IMG/VR virus record: IMGVR_UViG_2061766007_004328 | Source of the DNA: an uncultured virus (IMG/VR IMGVR_UViG_2061766007_004328) | Lineage: Duplodnaviria > Heunggongvirae > Uroviricota > Caudoviricetes | Direction: 5' to 3' (one strand) | Length of the DNA stretch: 64,000 bases | In this document: in pieces, positions 18,937 to 28,495 of the stretch | Position numbering within the stretch: position 1 is the first letter of the stretch | How the letters are laid out: every line of letters starts with the position of its first letter | The notes under the pieces: generated by a model | Told to the model about the DNA's origin: nothing | Databases searched by the model: none | What the model saw: the letters and a program-made list of their open reading frames with translations, nothing else | Position numbers and translations under genes: made by a program

Positions 18937-19653
18937 ATGTATATCGTTGGAAAAGAAGAGGCCCTCCGGTTCGCAAAGGAGAGGCTCACAAAAAGCAAGG
19001 AAACGGCTCTCCGGCAGATTGCCGGGGATCAATGCAGGAGCTATGTGGATGATCATCCGCAGATGCTGAAAGACGCACTTGTCATAGACGGAGTGACCAG
19101 GTTGGTAGATGTCTATACGTTCCGCGAGTTCTATCACATTGAAGACGGGAAGAAGGTGATCAGCATTGAGTTCGAGAATGCTGCCTACGCGGTGGAACTT
19201 ATCGAGACCGGCGAGATCGCCCGTCCATACCTCCCGTACGGTAAGGGGAGTACGTTCGAGCTGAGCTTAATGCCGGAAGACGAGGAGTTCGGCCCCAACG
19301 GTCGGAAGTCGTTCAGCGGGCTCCGATTCGAGATGCCAAAACCCGACCGTATCGGAAAGGGAACGGCCAAGAAGCTGATCGGCTGGTTCGACTATCTTCG
19401 AGCTGAGAACGAGGCCAAGAAGGAGTACACCCGGAAGGCCATCGAGCGGAACCGCAAGTTTCAGGAGGCCGTTAAGGTGAAATTCCCGAAGGCGCATATC
19501 AAGTTGATGGACGGTGGATGGATGGAGTATTGCCAGTTCTCCATCGGATATTTGTCCGTCACTCTCGAGGCGCTGGATGACGGCGGCGTAAGCCGGTCGC
19601 TGCATATCGATACAGCCAATCTGCCGTCTACGGCCGAGATGCTGGGATTATAG
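18937..19653 (+). CDS. Hypothetical protein
   Basis: Start motif; ORF. Confidence 0.65.
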   Translation: MYIVGKEEALRFAKERLTKSKETALRQIAGDQCRSYVDDHPQMLKDALVIDGVTRLVDVYTFREFYHIEDGKKVISIEFENAAYAVELIETGEIARPYLPYGKGSTFELSLMPEDEEFGPNGRKSFSGLRFEMPKPDRIGKGTAKKLIGWFDYLRAENEAKKEYTRKAIERNRKFQEAVKVKFPKAHIKLMDGGWMEYCQFSIGYLSVTLEALDDGGVSRSLHIDTANLPSTAEMLGL

Positions 19654-19676
19654 TTTCACAGAAAGTAAGTAAGTTT

Positions 19677-20147
19677 ATGAGCCAGTTTGAAAGAATCGAA
19701 GATGCCGTCAAGGACTACCTTGACGAGTACGCAAAGGGCGACCCGGTGTTCGCCGAGAAGCTCGCCAATCCGAACAAGAGCATCGAGCAGTGTATGGAGT
19801 ATATCCAGTCGGAGATATTCCACGAGTTCATCAAGAACGGTGGTGGCCGGAGGGTTGCCGTGGCCTGCCCGTCACGGCAGCAGTGCTTCGGCCTTGCCGT
19901 CCACTATTACGACGAAGAAAAGATCGAGATCCGTCCGATGCCCGGCGTGACCTCCGTAAGCCACGCGACACCCGACGTACCGCTGACCGAAGAAGACAAG
20001 GAGAAAGCCCGGGAGAAGGCTATTCAGAAGCTCGCTGACGAAGAGGCAAGGAAGATTAAGGACGAGGAGGAGAAGAAGCGTCAGAAGGCGAAAGAGAAGC
20101 GAAAGAAGGACGAAGAGGCCGGGGTGTTGTTCCTGTTTGACGAATAA
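19677..20147 (+). CDS. PcfK-like (AcrIIA9-related family) protein
   Basis: KDYLDEYA..DPVFAEK..KSIEQCMEYI..FGLAVHYYDE; precedes PcfJ-like gene. Confidence 0.7.
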   Translation: MSQFERIEDAVKDYLDEYAKGDPVFAEKLANPNKSIEQCMEYIQSEIFHEFIKNGGGRRVAVACPSRQQCFGLAVHYYDEEKIEIRPMPGVTSVSHATPDVPLTEEDKEKAREKAIQKLADEEARKIKDEEEKKRQKAKEKRKKDEEAGVLFLFDE

Positions 20148-20160
20148 GGGTTGCGGGGAT

Positions 20161-21591
20161 ATGAAACCGAGGAACAAACACCAGCGGATGATCGTCGAAA
20201 TGGCGTCTCGGCTCCGGCCGCTCAATTACCGGGAGAAGGAATATGCAAAGTCGCTGTTCCCTGCCGAGGCGCTGTACTTTTCGCGGCGCGGCAATCACTG
20301 CGAGTTCCACTGTATGTGCTGCGGAGCCGTAGTGCCGGAGCTCGGGAAATGGCCGTTCGACGACTTCAATGAAGACACCTGGACTTGCCCGGAGTGCGGG
20401 GCGGAGTGTAAGGTTTGTCCGCAATACTCCGGCGGGTTCAGTCGGAATATGAACAGGAAGACCGGTGCTTTTTCGGTGCTGCCGACCGTATCGAGGTACA
20501 TAACGCTGCTGGACACGCACGGAGATTATCAGGTGCTCCGAACTTTTGTGTTTTCGCGCTGCAACGGAAGGACTACGGAGAACGGGATCGTCCGAGGACT
20601 GCCGACTGAGTTCTACCACCACGAGATTTACCAGAACTGGATAGATCCCAAAGGAGGGGAGACGATAGTCAGCAAGAGCTATCAGCGCAGTTTCAATTAT
20701 CACAACTGGGACTATGCTTCTCCGTGGGGGATCGGGACGCATAACGCGCACTGCTCCGGGTACTATATGATGGGTGACGTGTACGACAACACCGGGAACT
20801 TCTATTTCCCGAAGTTCGGCATCTCCCGGACGATCCGCCGGAACGGATTGAACACGAAGGTCGTGAGGACACTCTGTCCGAACTTGGATATCGGGACGCT
20901 GGCGATAAAGCTGCTGACGGACAATACCTACGAGGAGCTCGTGAAGACCGGCCAGCTGGAGCTTGTCCGATATTTTCTCGGGAACAGCCACGGGCGCAGG
21001 GCCGAAGACTATCTGCAGCAGATTCGCGTCTGTACGCGGCACGGTTACAAGGTCAAGGACGCTAACCTTTGGCTCGACTATGTTCACGACCTGATGTATC
21101 TCGGGCTTGACACCCACAGTCCGCATTACCTGTGCCCGGAGAATCTCGCCCAGGCCCACGCCCGGACGCAGAGAAGAAGGGAGAGGCTGGAGGCGAAGCG
21201 GGAAGCCGCCAAGGACATCGAGATAGCAAAGAAGTACGAGAAGGAATACTCGAAGCAGAAGCGCCGGTTCTTCGGAATTGCGTTCGGCGACGACAAGGTT
21301 ACGATATCCGTGATCCCGACCGTGGAAGGAATCCGGCAGGAGGGCGCAGCGATGCACCACTGCGTTTTCAGGAACGGGTACTACAAGTATAAGAACAGCG
21401 TGATCCTGTCGGCCAGAGACAAGTACGGAAACCGGCTCGAGACCATCGAGATTGGATTGAAGCCGCTGACAGTCCTTCAGAGCCGAGGGCTGCAGAACTT
21501 GCCGACCCCGGAACACGAGAGGATAGTCGCCCTCTGCACGGAGCATCTCCGGGATTTCCAGCTGCCGGAAAGGAAGCGAAAAATAGCGTAA
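20161..21591 (+). CDS. PcfJ-like domain protein
   Basis: WLDYVHDL..CPENLAQAH..EGAAMHHCV..ETIEI..QSRGLQN. Confidence 0.8.
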   Translation: MKPRNKHQRMIVEMASRLRPLNYREKEYAKSLFPAEALYFSRRGNHCEFHCMCCGAVVPELGKWPFDDFNEDTWTCPECGAECKVCPQYSGGFSRNMNRKTGAFSVLPTVSRYITLLDTHGDYQVLRTFVFSRCNGRTTENGIVRGLPTEFYHHEIYQNWIDPKGGETIVSKSYQRSFNYHNWDYASPWGIGTHNAHCSGYYMMGDVYDNTGNFYFPKFGISRTIRRNGLNTKVVRTLCPNLDIGTLAIKLLTDNTYEELVKTGQLELVRYFLGNSHGRRAEDYLQQIRVCTRHGYKVKDANLWLDYVHDLMYLGLDTHSPHYLCPENLAQAHARTQRRRERLEAKREAAKDIEIAKKYEKEYSKQKRRFFGIAFGDDKVTISVIPTVEGIRQEGAAMHHCVFRNGYYKYKNSVILSARDKYGNRLETIEIGLKPLTVLQSRGLQNLPTPEHERIVALCTEHLRDFQLPERKRKIA

Positions 21592-21647
21592 ATTATTGAA
21601 AATCAAGCCGTTAAATTTGCGTAACTCGCTGATAATCACTATCTTTA
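21587..21647 (+). promoter_or_regulatory. Class I repeated phage promoter
   Basis: CGTAAATTATTGAAAATCA..TTTGC..TATCTTTA. Confidence 0.7.
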
Positions 21648-21683
21648 CATATCCCAAATAATAACCCAAAAGGAGTAAGTAAG

Positions 21684-21905
21684 ATGTTAACGCGAAACGA
21701 ACGAATACTGATCGAGGCGATCCGAAAGGCGCCGTCAGTGACAATCATCATTCCCGGCGACGGGATTTGCGGCGATTGCCAGATTAAGATTTCAAGCAGG
21801 ACTGTCAGTCACGATGTGGCGCTGGCGGTTCAGTCACACCTGAACAGCTGCAGCAACAGCGAGCGGCCGGAGATTCCAGTACGAAGACAATACCGATGGA
21901 ACTGA
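21684..21905 (+). CDS. Hypothetical protein
   Basis: Start motif. Confidence 0.55.
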   Translation: MLTRNERILIEAIRKAPSVTIIIPGDGICGDCQIKISSRTVSHDVALAVQSHLNSCSNSERPEIPVRRQYRWN

Positions 21906-22168
21906 GTATGGTCGCAATCTACGTAGCGGTATCGCTCGTGAACGTGTTCCTGCATATCGTCAGGAGTATCCTCGTAATCAAGTCGAGCAAGGTCATCGCA
22001 TCGTCCGCCAACTGTATCTGCTACACGTTCTCGGCGGTCGTCATCAAGTTTATAGCCGAGGTGGATCTGTGGGTGGCGATAGTGGTTCAGGCGACAACGA
22101 ATTTTGTCGGATGCTATCTCGCAATGTGGTTCTGCGAGAAAGTGATGGCAAGACGGAAGGAGGTATAG
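21896..22168 (+). CDS. Small multi-pass membrane protein
   Basis: Three hydrophobic segments. Confidence 0.6.
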   Translation: MELSMVAIYVAVSLVNVFLHIVRSILVIKSSKVIASSANCICYTFSAVVIKFIAEVDLWVAIVVQATTNFVGCYLAMWFCEKVMARRKEV

Positions 22169-22324
22169 ATATGGGATGTGATTGCTGCAAGAAATGGAAC
22201 CCCGTTCTTGACAAATGCGAGGCTTCCAGGAAATACCGAATAGCGACCTGCGGTTGCGACCCAGAGCCAAAAGGTCGCGGAAGTAATTATACCAAACCCC
22301 AAAAGAGAAGGAAGAAGAGATAGT

Positions 22325-22585
22325 ATGAAGATAACACCGATATTCAGATTTGTCGAAGGAAGTTTCGACACCGAGACAAACAAGATGGTTTGTGTTGCCA
22401 GCGATCATCGCGGCACCGTTGACCTGTGTTTCAAAGAGGAAGGCTCCAGTTGGAATATCCCGTTCGCAACAATAGAGCTGTACGACAGCGAGCTGTATAA
22501 GGATTTCAAGGCAACCTTCGGGGATGCAAAAAAGCTCGGCGAGGAGATCTGCCGGCGCTGGAACGAGTGCGGCAATAAAAAGTAG
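22325..22585 (+). CDS. Hypothetical protein
   Basis: Operonic ORF. Confidence 0.55.
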   Translation: MKITPIFRFVEGSFDTETNKMVCVASDHRGTVDLCFKEEGSSWNIPFATIELYDSELYKDFKATFGDAKKLGEEICRRWNECGNKK

Positions 22586-22589
22586 CGAT

Positions 22590-23195
22590 ATGAACGAGAG
22601 GAACTACATTTACCCGGATAAATTGAGCGGCCTGATGCGGGAAGTATGGGAGATTGCCGTGTCTCACGGATGGCACGACAAGCCGATTTCCAGAGAGCAG
22701 TACCTTGGCCTTATTGTAACAGAGGCTTCGGAAGCTGTAGAGGCCGACCGGAATGGCAGACGGGCTAAGACCGATATGATGGCCAATGTAATAAGGATGC
22801 AAGCAGGGAGCGAGACCGGGTTGTGCCAGGGCTGGTACGAATCGTGGTTTGAGATATATTACGACGAGTATGTCAGGGGCAGTATCGAGGAAGAGTTTGC
22901 GGATGTCGTTATCCGGCTCCTCGATATGGCGCAAGGAGTTCACGGCGAGAAGATGTACTGGTGTGGCTACGATCACTATGGCGAGAGCTTCGACGCAAAC
23001 AAGAGCTTTATCGAGAGTTTTTGGTATTTCGTTCGGGAGGTGCTGGGTTGGGGTAAGATGAATATCACCGATTCTGTGGCATATATGTACGCCTGGGCCG
23101 AATCTCTCGGTATCGATAATCTCGACGATCATATTCGCTGGAAGATGAAATTCAATGAACTTAGACCGTATAAGCACGGAGGTAAAAAGTATTAG
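22590..23195 (+). CDS. MazG-like NTP pyrophosphohydrolase-fold protein
   Basis: LIVTEASEAVEADR..EEEFADVVIRLLD..KMKFNELRPYKHGGK. Confidence 0.7.
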   Translation: MNERNYIYPDKLSGLMREVWEIAVSHGWHDKPISREQYLGLIVTEASEAVEADRNGRRAKTDMMANVIRMQAGSETGLCQGWYESWFEIYYDEYVRGSIEEEFADVVIRLLDMAQGVHGEKMYWCGYDHYGESFDANKSFIESFWYFVREVLGWGKMNITDSVAYMYAWAESLGIDNLDDHIRWKMKFNELRPYKHGGKKY

Positions 23196-23198
23196 ACT

Positions 23199-23450
23199 AT
23201 GAACATTAAGGAATTTTATATGAAATACTGTAGCGGTCCAAACGAGATGATGGACTGCCATCAGTTCACTTGGGACTTGATTGAAAGTATCGGCGAAAAG
23301 CTGGAGAATGAGGACATTGATTTCGAGACAAGAGTCGGCGCGGTAAGCTATGAGATCGACGTGGTTCTCGAGATATGCAGGGAGGATATTGCGGACCACC
23401 AGTTCTTGGAGAAGATCAAAGAAGAAATTAAGAATCTGAGGGAGAAATGA
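23199..23450 (+). CDS. Hypothetical acidic protein
   Basis: Operonic ORF. Confidence 0.55.
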   Translation: MNIKEFYMKYCSGPNEMMDCHQFTWDLIESIGEKLENEDIDFETRVGAVSYEIDVVLEICREDIADHQFLEKIKEEIKNLREK

Positions 23451-24103
23451 AGAAGATACTGTTTAATGATCGATACCGGCTCACGGGCGCTGTTCTGGAG
23501 GGCCGCAAGACGATGACCAGGCGGATTGTTCCGGCGAACGAATCCGGCAGATATACAGTGAGTGCCCTGAAGAGTTCGAGGTATAAGCAAGGGGATGTCG
23601 TGGCAATAGCGCAGCCGTACATACATTGTTATAGGGATGCGCTCAGAACTCTCAGAGAGGTAAGTATCGGGGCGATTATGGAATCGGCCGGGTGGATGAA
23701 CAAGATGTTCGTTCGCTCGGAGTGGATGCCGAATCGGATCAAGATAACCAAAGTCGATGTCGAGCGACTGCAGGATATTAGCGACGAGGATTGTTTAAGG
23801 GAGGGCGTCCAGGCGGTCAAGACTCCGTACGGAATCCGTTATGTGGCCGGCGGAGAGAAGGTGCCGGATTTCGAGGTGCCGCTTTCGGTGAAGTGTTCGT
23901 TCAAGACGCCGAGAGAGGCTTTCGCAGCTCTGATAGACAGGGTGTCCGGCAAGGGGACGTGGGCAGACAACCCGCTGGTCTTCGTTTATTCGTTCGAGCT
24001 GATAAAAACACCGGAGCCAGCGTTTCCGCCAGCCCCGGCACAGTCAGCTCGAAAAAGTTTTGTAGCGGGAGTCGGATTTGAACCGACGACCTCCGGGTTA
24101 TGA
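23447..24103 (+). CDS. ASCH/PUA-like phage protein
   Basis: AVLEGRKTMTRR, ERLQDISDEDCLREG, WADNPLVFVYSF. Confidence 0.7.
   Translation: MKKILFNDRYRLTGAVLEGRKTMTRRIVPANESGRYTVSALKSSRYKQGDVVAIAQPYIHCYRDALRTLREVSIGAIMESAGWMNKMFVRSEWMPNRIKITKVDVERLQDISDEDCLREGVQAVKTPYGIRYVAGGEKVPDFEVPLSVKCSFKTPREAFAALIDRVSGKGTWADNPLVFVYSFELIKTPEPAFPPAPAQSARKSFVAGVGFEPTTSGL
24003..24038 (-). terminator. Intrinsic terminator of tRNA-fMet
   Basis: Minus strand CCGGGGCTGGCG-GAAA-CGCTGGCTCCGG then TGTTTTTA. Confidence 0.75.
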
Positions 24104-24136
24104 GCCCAGCGAGCTACCGAACTGCTCCACCCCGCG
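24063..24136 (-). tRNA. tRNA-Met(CAT), initiator type
   Basis: Full cloverleaf; C1:U72 mismatch; GGG/CCC anticodon stem; loop CT-CAT-AA. Confidence 0.92.
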
Positions 24137-24145
24137 ATGTGGATG

Positions 24146-24178
24146 CAAAGATATGAAAAGAATTTCAAAATGCAACGG
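24146..24178 (-). promoter_or_regulatory. Promoter of tRNA-fMet (class II layout)
   Basis: Minus strand CCGTTGCA-TTT-TGAAATTC-TTTT-CA-TATCTTTG. Confidence 0.7.
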
Positions 24179-24267
24179 TTATGATAGAATCTAAAGAGAA
24201 AGTGCAAGATTGCCCGAATCGCAAATCGCCATTCGCCAGTCGAACAGATTTGGGAGGAGGAAGTGAT

Positions 24268-24543
24268 ATGGAGTTCAGTGAAGAATTGGCTCGGAATATT
24301 ACGGATAGCTTCAAAGCTATCGCTGATGCCACGCAGAGGATAACCGAAACGGCATCGATGCTCACTTGCATGATGACGAAACTTGTTATTCAGTCGGAGA
24401 TTGCCAAGTGCAGCAAATATGCCGATAAGTACATCAATGGCGGTCCAATCTTGAGGCGATACTGTAAAAGAAAGCTGGAGAAGGAATTTGCTGTTTTCGT
24501 GAATCTATTGGATAAACTTGAACACATGGATGAAAATGAATGA
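24268..24543 (+). CDS. Hypothetical protein
   Basis: ORF; start uncertain. Confidence 0.5.
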   Translation: MEFSEELARNITDSFKAIADATQRITETASMLTCMMTKLVIQSEIAKCSKYADKYINGGPILRRYCKRKLEKEFAVFVNLLDKLEHMDENE

Positions 24544-25843
24544 GTTTGAGAAAAAGTACAAAGAGGCCCTCGGCTGGATGCGCGATGTATATCCGACTTT
24601 GACGGGGGCCGCAAAAGAGGATGCAGAGCACTTCTTTCCAGAGCTGAAGGATTCGGAGGACGAGAGGATAAGGAAGGATTTGATATCCTTTCTTATTGAC
24701 ATGAAAGACGGCGATGTCGGTTGTTTCCCTTCGCAGTCATTGTATCAACGGTGGATTGCTTGGCTCGAAAAGCGGAAAGAGCAGAAGCCCGCAGAATGGA
24801 GCAAGGAGGACGAGGCTAATCTTGACTACCTGATTGACTATTGTAATTCGCAAGAAAATGGTCAACATCGAATTCTTGTGACATCGATTGCGAGAAAAAT
24901 CAGTCTTTGGTTGTATCGCCTTAAGTCTGGTGAGATTACTATAAAGAGACAAGCGAATGAAGGTTGGTCTAATGATGATGAAGAACGTTTTGATAGCGTT
25001 TGTAGCGTTTTACGAAGCAAACTTGATGAGGGTAATTGGAAGCCACTGATTGACCTTCTTCTTCGACTGAAAACAGCTTATTGTTATCAAAGAGCATACA
25101 ACGAAAAAGACGATAAGGCAATCCATCTTGCTTGCGAGTTCATACGACACCATTCGGGACGCAAGGATAGTATCGGCGGTGTCGACTGTTCTGAATTGAT
25201 TGAGAGACTTAAATCGATCCAACGGCCCAAGTGTAAGTCAGTTGGGTGGGAAGATTGCCGCGAAGAAGAACTTCAGACCCGCTTTGCTTTCTACACCTAC
25301 AAGGATGAGCCTGGCGTTCTCTATTTGTCAAATCTGTTCGTTGAAGAAGCAAGCCGTAATGCTGGCTTCGGCACACGAATCCTGCATGCCGCCGAAAAGG
25401 TTGCCGAAACCATTGGCGCAAGCTCCATCCGATTGAAGGTAAAGCGGGATTCTCCGGCGAACGCCTGGTATCGAAAGCATGGCTACAGGTACATGGCCTT
25501 CGAGGATGGGCACGACTGGCTCGAGAAGAGACTGGAGTATCTGAAGCCTGGCAATCAGGCGGATTGGAGCGAGACGGATGATAGGATGATCGGCAGTATA
25601 AGGTCCATTCTCGAGCAGCACGCCCTTGCCAATAACGCGGTCGATGTCAACGGGGAGCTCTGCGAGGGCGAGTATATCGAAATGGATCTGTGGCTCCAAT
25701 CCCTCAGTTCCCGGCTGAAGCTGGATGACAGGTTCATGGAAGGTTATCACAAGGGGCAGGCGGACGCCGAGGCAAGCTATAACAAGCGTGTGTCGTACCA
25801 CGTGGACTGCCCCAGATATACAGAAACGAGGAATACAAAATGA
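24536..25843 (+). CDS. Mosaic repeat protein with an internal GNAT acetyltransferase domain
   Basis: Repeats EWSKEDE/GWSNDDE/DWSETDD; YLSNLFVEEASRNAGFGTRIL..AWYRKHGY. Confidence 0.7.
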   Translation: MNEFEKKYKEALGWMRDVYPTLTGAAKEDAEHFFPELKDSEDERIRKDLISFLIDMKDGDVGCFPSQSLYQRWIAWLEKRKEQKPAEWSKEDEANLDYLIDYCNSQENGQHRILVTSIARKISLWLYRLKSGEITIKRQANEGWSNDDEERFDSVCSVLRSKLDEGNWKPLIDLLLRLKTAYCYQRAYNEKDDKAIHLACEFIRHHSGRKDSIGGVDCSELIERLKSIQRPKCKSVGWEDCREEELQTRFAFYTYKDEPGVLYLSNLFVEEASRNAGFGTRILHAAEKVAETIGASSIRLKVKRDSPANAWYRKHGYRYMAFEDGHDWLEKRLEYLKPGNQADWSETDDRMIGSIRSILEQHALANNAVDVNGELCEGEYIEMDLWLQSLSSRLKLDDRFMEGYHKGQADAEASYNKRVSYHVDCPRYTETRNTK

Positions 25844-26157
25844 GAAAGATCGATGGAATAGAAATCCCGACCAAGACGAAGGTTTTTACGGACTGTAACA
25901 ACCTTGAATGCGAAGTCGGTACAACTGGTCACATGGGCGGTGACTCCGGTCATGGCGGCAGGACATACTTCAAGCTCAAAGACCTCGGAAGCACGGATAT
26001 GCGTGCTGGCATCAAAGATTGGTGCGCACCGGCTCTCTCGAGAAAAGATGTCGAGACCGTAGTCATAGCTTTTGGCGGCGACGCGGAACTGGACACGTTT
26101 ATCGATGCCCTGGAGTTCGCTGTCAAAACGCTTAAAGAAATGAGGAAAAGAAAATGA
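25840..26157 (+). CDS. Hypothetical phage protein
   Basis: GTTGHMGGDSGHGGRTY; ATGA coupling. Confidence 0.65.
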   Translation: MRKIDGIEIPTKTKVFTDCNNLECEVGTTGHMGGDSGHGGRTYFKLKDLGSTDMRAGIKDWCAPALSRKDVETVVIAFGGDAELDTFIDALEFAVKTLKEMRKRK

Positions 26158-26654
26158 GCGCAACCGATTCCCTGCATTACCAGCTATGCTGCGAGGCCGC
26201 AAAGTGGTTGAAACGCCGGAAGAACGCCGAGCGATGGAGAACCCCATGGAAGTACATCGCGGTGGAGCTTGTCTGCTACGCGGCAGAGAATGCCGATGTA
26301 TGGGCCACGAACGGCGAGTGTTCCATCGTGATAGAGGTGAAGACCTCCAGGGCCGACTTCATCAAAGACGGGAAGAAGTGGCACCGTGCCGAGTCAATGA
26401 AAGAATACCAGTCCGGGAATTTCCGTTACTACCTCGCTCCCGCTGGCATGATCCGAACGGACGAACTGCCGGAAGGATGGGGTTTGCTTGAATGGGACGG
26501 AAGGGAAATATCGAGAGTCTCGCAGTCGAAGTACCGTACCGTAAACAACCACGCAGACCTGATCATTCTTTCGTCTATCCTTCGCCGTGAGGGTTTTCCG
26601 GAGAAGATATACAACTACCGTGGAGCGCCCACGACAATACACCCGAAACAATGA
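26154..26654 (+). CDS. PD-(D/E)xK nuclease-like protein
   Basis: ENADVW..IVIEVKTSRADF..ELPEGWGLL. Confidence 0.65.
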   Translation: MSATDSLHYQLCCEAAKWLKRRKNAERWRTPWKYIAVELVCYAAENADVWATNGECSIVIEVKTSRADFIKDGKKWHRAESMKEYQSGNFRYYLAPAGMIRTDELPEGWGLLEWDGREISRVSQSKYRTVNNHADLIILSSILRREGFPEKIYNYRGAPTTIHPKQ

Positions 26655-27151
26655 ATGAGAAACCGAAATTTAGCGAACCAAGCAGGTTCTACCTAAAGCT
26701 GCCGGAAACGGATAATTTTGTCGAAATCGGACTCGCTGGAAATGGCACGAAGTTAATGTCGGCAAGGATTCCTAAAGACCCGAAGTTTGATTCCGGCATC
26801 TTCGATACTCACTCCTATGAATTTTCGTTCCTTATTAACCCAGACCCCAAGACGCGGGAGGGTATTGAACAGCTGCGGAAGATGTGGATGGAAGACATTG
26901 AAAGAGACATTCGGGAATTTCAGCGCCATGTTCGCGAGTTCGTTGAAGACACCCTTCGCACAAGGGTTAAGCCATTGCTCAAGGGCGAAATCACTCCCGG
27001 AAAGATTCGTTATCGCGGACTGAGCCTATTGTATTCGCAAGAAGAACCAGGATTCTACGGAATCCTCCAGCGGGATAAGATTCTTTATTGTGTGGATGGT
27101 AACACCTATGATGTGACCAGCCCGGAGTGGAAACTGATAAAATGCGACTGA
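26651..27151 (+). CDS. Hypothetical protein
   Basis: Coupled ORF. Confidence 0.55.
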   Translation: MNEKPKFSEPSRFYLKLPETDNFVEIGLAGNGTKLMSARIPKDPKFDSGIFDTHSYEFSFLINPDPKTREGIEQLRKMWMEDIERDIREFQRHVREFVEDTLRTRVKPLLKGEITPGKIRYRGLSLLYSQEEPGFYGILQRDKILYCVDGNTYDVTSPEWKLIKCD

Positions 27152-27152
27152 G

Positions 27153-27818
27153 ATGAGTTTTAAGACAGGAGGCCTAAAGGCCAAGTATAAGCCGTTAATC
27201 AATCAATATGAGCCGAATAGGGAGTATACCGTATATGCCGCACTCGAAAGCTGTAGCGATATTTGGTGTGTCGGGGCGAGGGATATAAACGGGAGGTTTA
27301 CGGATCTGTCGTTTGGGCCTGAAGACGATTGCGCGAAAGGTGCGAGTTCTATAATCGATGTGATGTACTACCTGAAGCACAACGGGCCGGGGACATACAA
27401 GTTTGGTGGGGGTGATGATATTGTGATAGAGGAAATGACAAATGACGAGATGAGAGATGTGTTCGAATCAGGTCGCTATTGCGAGAATGAGAGGGTGCGG
27501 GATGAATTAACGCCGTTTACGGCCAAGTGGTTGCAAGATAATATCGACAGGAATAGCATCTTGTATCGCACAGATGTCCAGATTATGATCAGCGATGTCA
27601 TTTCCGACGAGCGAGGCGATGCTGGATGTATCGACATTATCTATAACGGGATGTTCTGGTGTATCAGCAAAGGATTGGCATCGAAAGAGTGGCTATGTAC
27701 CTGTTCCAATGAATTTCGCAATGACTGCTGGATTCCTAACGTCAGATCGATCGCCGACTTCAAGCGACTGTGGCGTGTGGCAACGGGTTTTGTTCTACCG
27801 TTGAAAGATGAAAAGTAG
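27153..27818 (+). CDS. Hypothetical protein
   Basis: Operonic ORF. Confidence 0.55.
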   Translation: MSFKTGGLKAKYKPLINQYEPNREYTVYAALESCSDIWCVGARDINGRFTDLSFGPEDDCAKGASSIIDVMYYLKHNGPGTYKFGGGDDIVIEEMTNDEMRDVFESGRYCENERVRDELTPFTAKWLQDNIDRNSILYRTDVQIMISDVISDERGDAGCIDIIYNGMFWCISKGLASKEWLCTCSNEFRNDCWIPNVRSIADFKRLWRVATGFVLPLKDEK

Positions 27819-27936
27819 GCCGCAATATAACAAGGATGGGTTTTTCTCCACTGCCCGGAAGGGGCCGAAAAGCGGCCCGGCCCCTGAAGGGCAATTATCA
27901 GAATTGATAAGTTTGTAACCAATCAGATAGAAGAAA

Positions 27937-28311
27937 ATGGCAAAGATTGAATTTGTACACAAGGCTGGCCCGCACAGCGACGAGACCACCACCTATGATG
28001 TGATCACTGACGCAAAGACCGTCGGTGAGTTTATCCCGCTCGCCCTGGAAAAAGACAATCACGGGCAGTTCTGCATCACCAAGGAAGGAAGACCGTTGAG
28101 CGGGGATGAGGTATGTGTTGCATCCTTCTTCAGCAAGAAGATCAACAGGAAGGCGAAGGAGTACGAAACGTACCTGAAATGCGAGATCGAGAGCATAATG
28201 TCGAACGGCGGCTGGGGAATGATGGGGTACACGATTACCGTGAAGAAGGAGTCCGACGTTCCGAAGCAGAGCCGGGAGGAGTTCCTTTACGTTTATTTCG
28301 GTCACAGCTGA
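27937..28311 (+). CDS. Hypothetical protein
   Basis: ORF. Confidence 0.6.
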   Translation: MAKIEFVHKAGPHSDETTTYDVITDAKTVGEFIPLALEKDNHGQFCITKEGRPLSGDEVCVASFFSKKINRKAKEYETYLKCEIESIMSNGGWGMMGYTITVKKESDVPKQSREEFLYVYFGHS

Positions 28312-28312
28312 T

Positions 28313-28495
28313 ATGGCGGGGGTAAAGAGATACGTAGTACGCAGGGGCGGGATGCTCCTGCTGTTCGACAGCCGGTACTCGCAGTACCCGGAAAAGCTGG
28401 ACACCTCGGAGTTTGACAAGGATGACTTCGAGAAGATGGAAGAAGGAAGGTATTACGAGGCGGAGCTTTCCGTCAAAATCGGGATGAAGGTATGA
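28313..28495 (+). CDS. Hypothetical protein
   Basis: Small coupled ORF. Confidence 0.5.
   Translation: MAGVKRYVVRRGGMLLLFDSRYSQYPEKLDTSEFDKDDFEKMEEGRYYEAELSVKIGMKV

Noticed and set aside
27835..27912. GC-rich stems and a TTATCA-N4-TGATAA palindrome as a riboswitch or ncRNA
   Set aside because: The structure is real, but I recognise no family and there is no second copy; could be a simple terminator or processing stem
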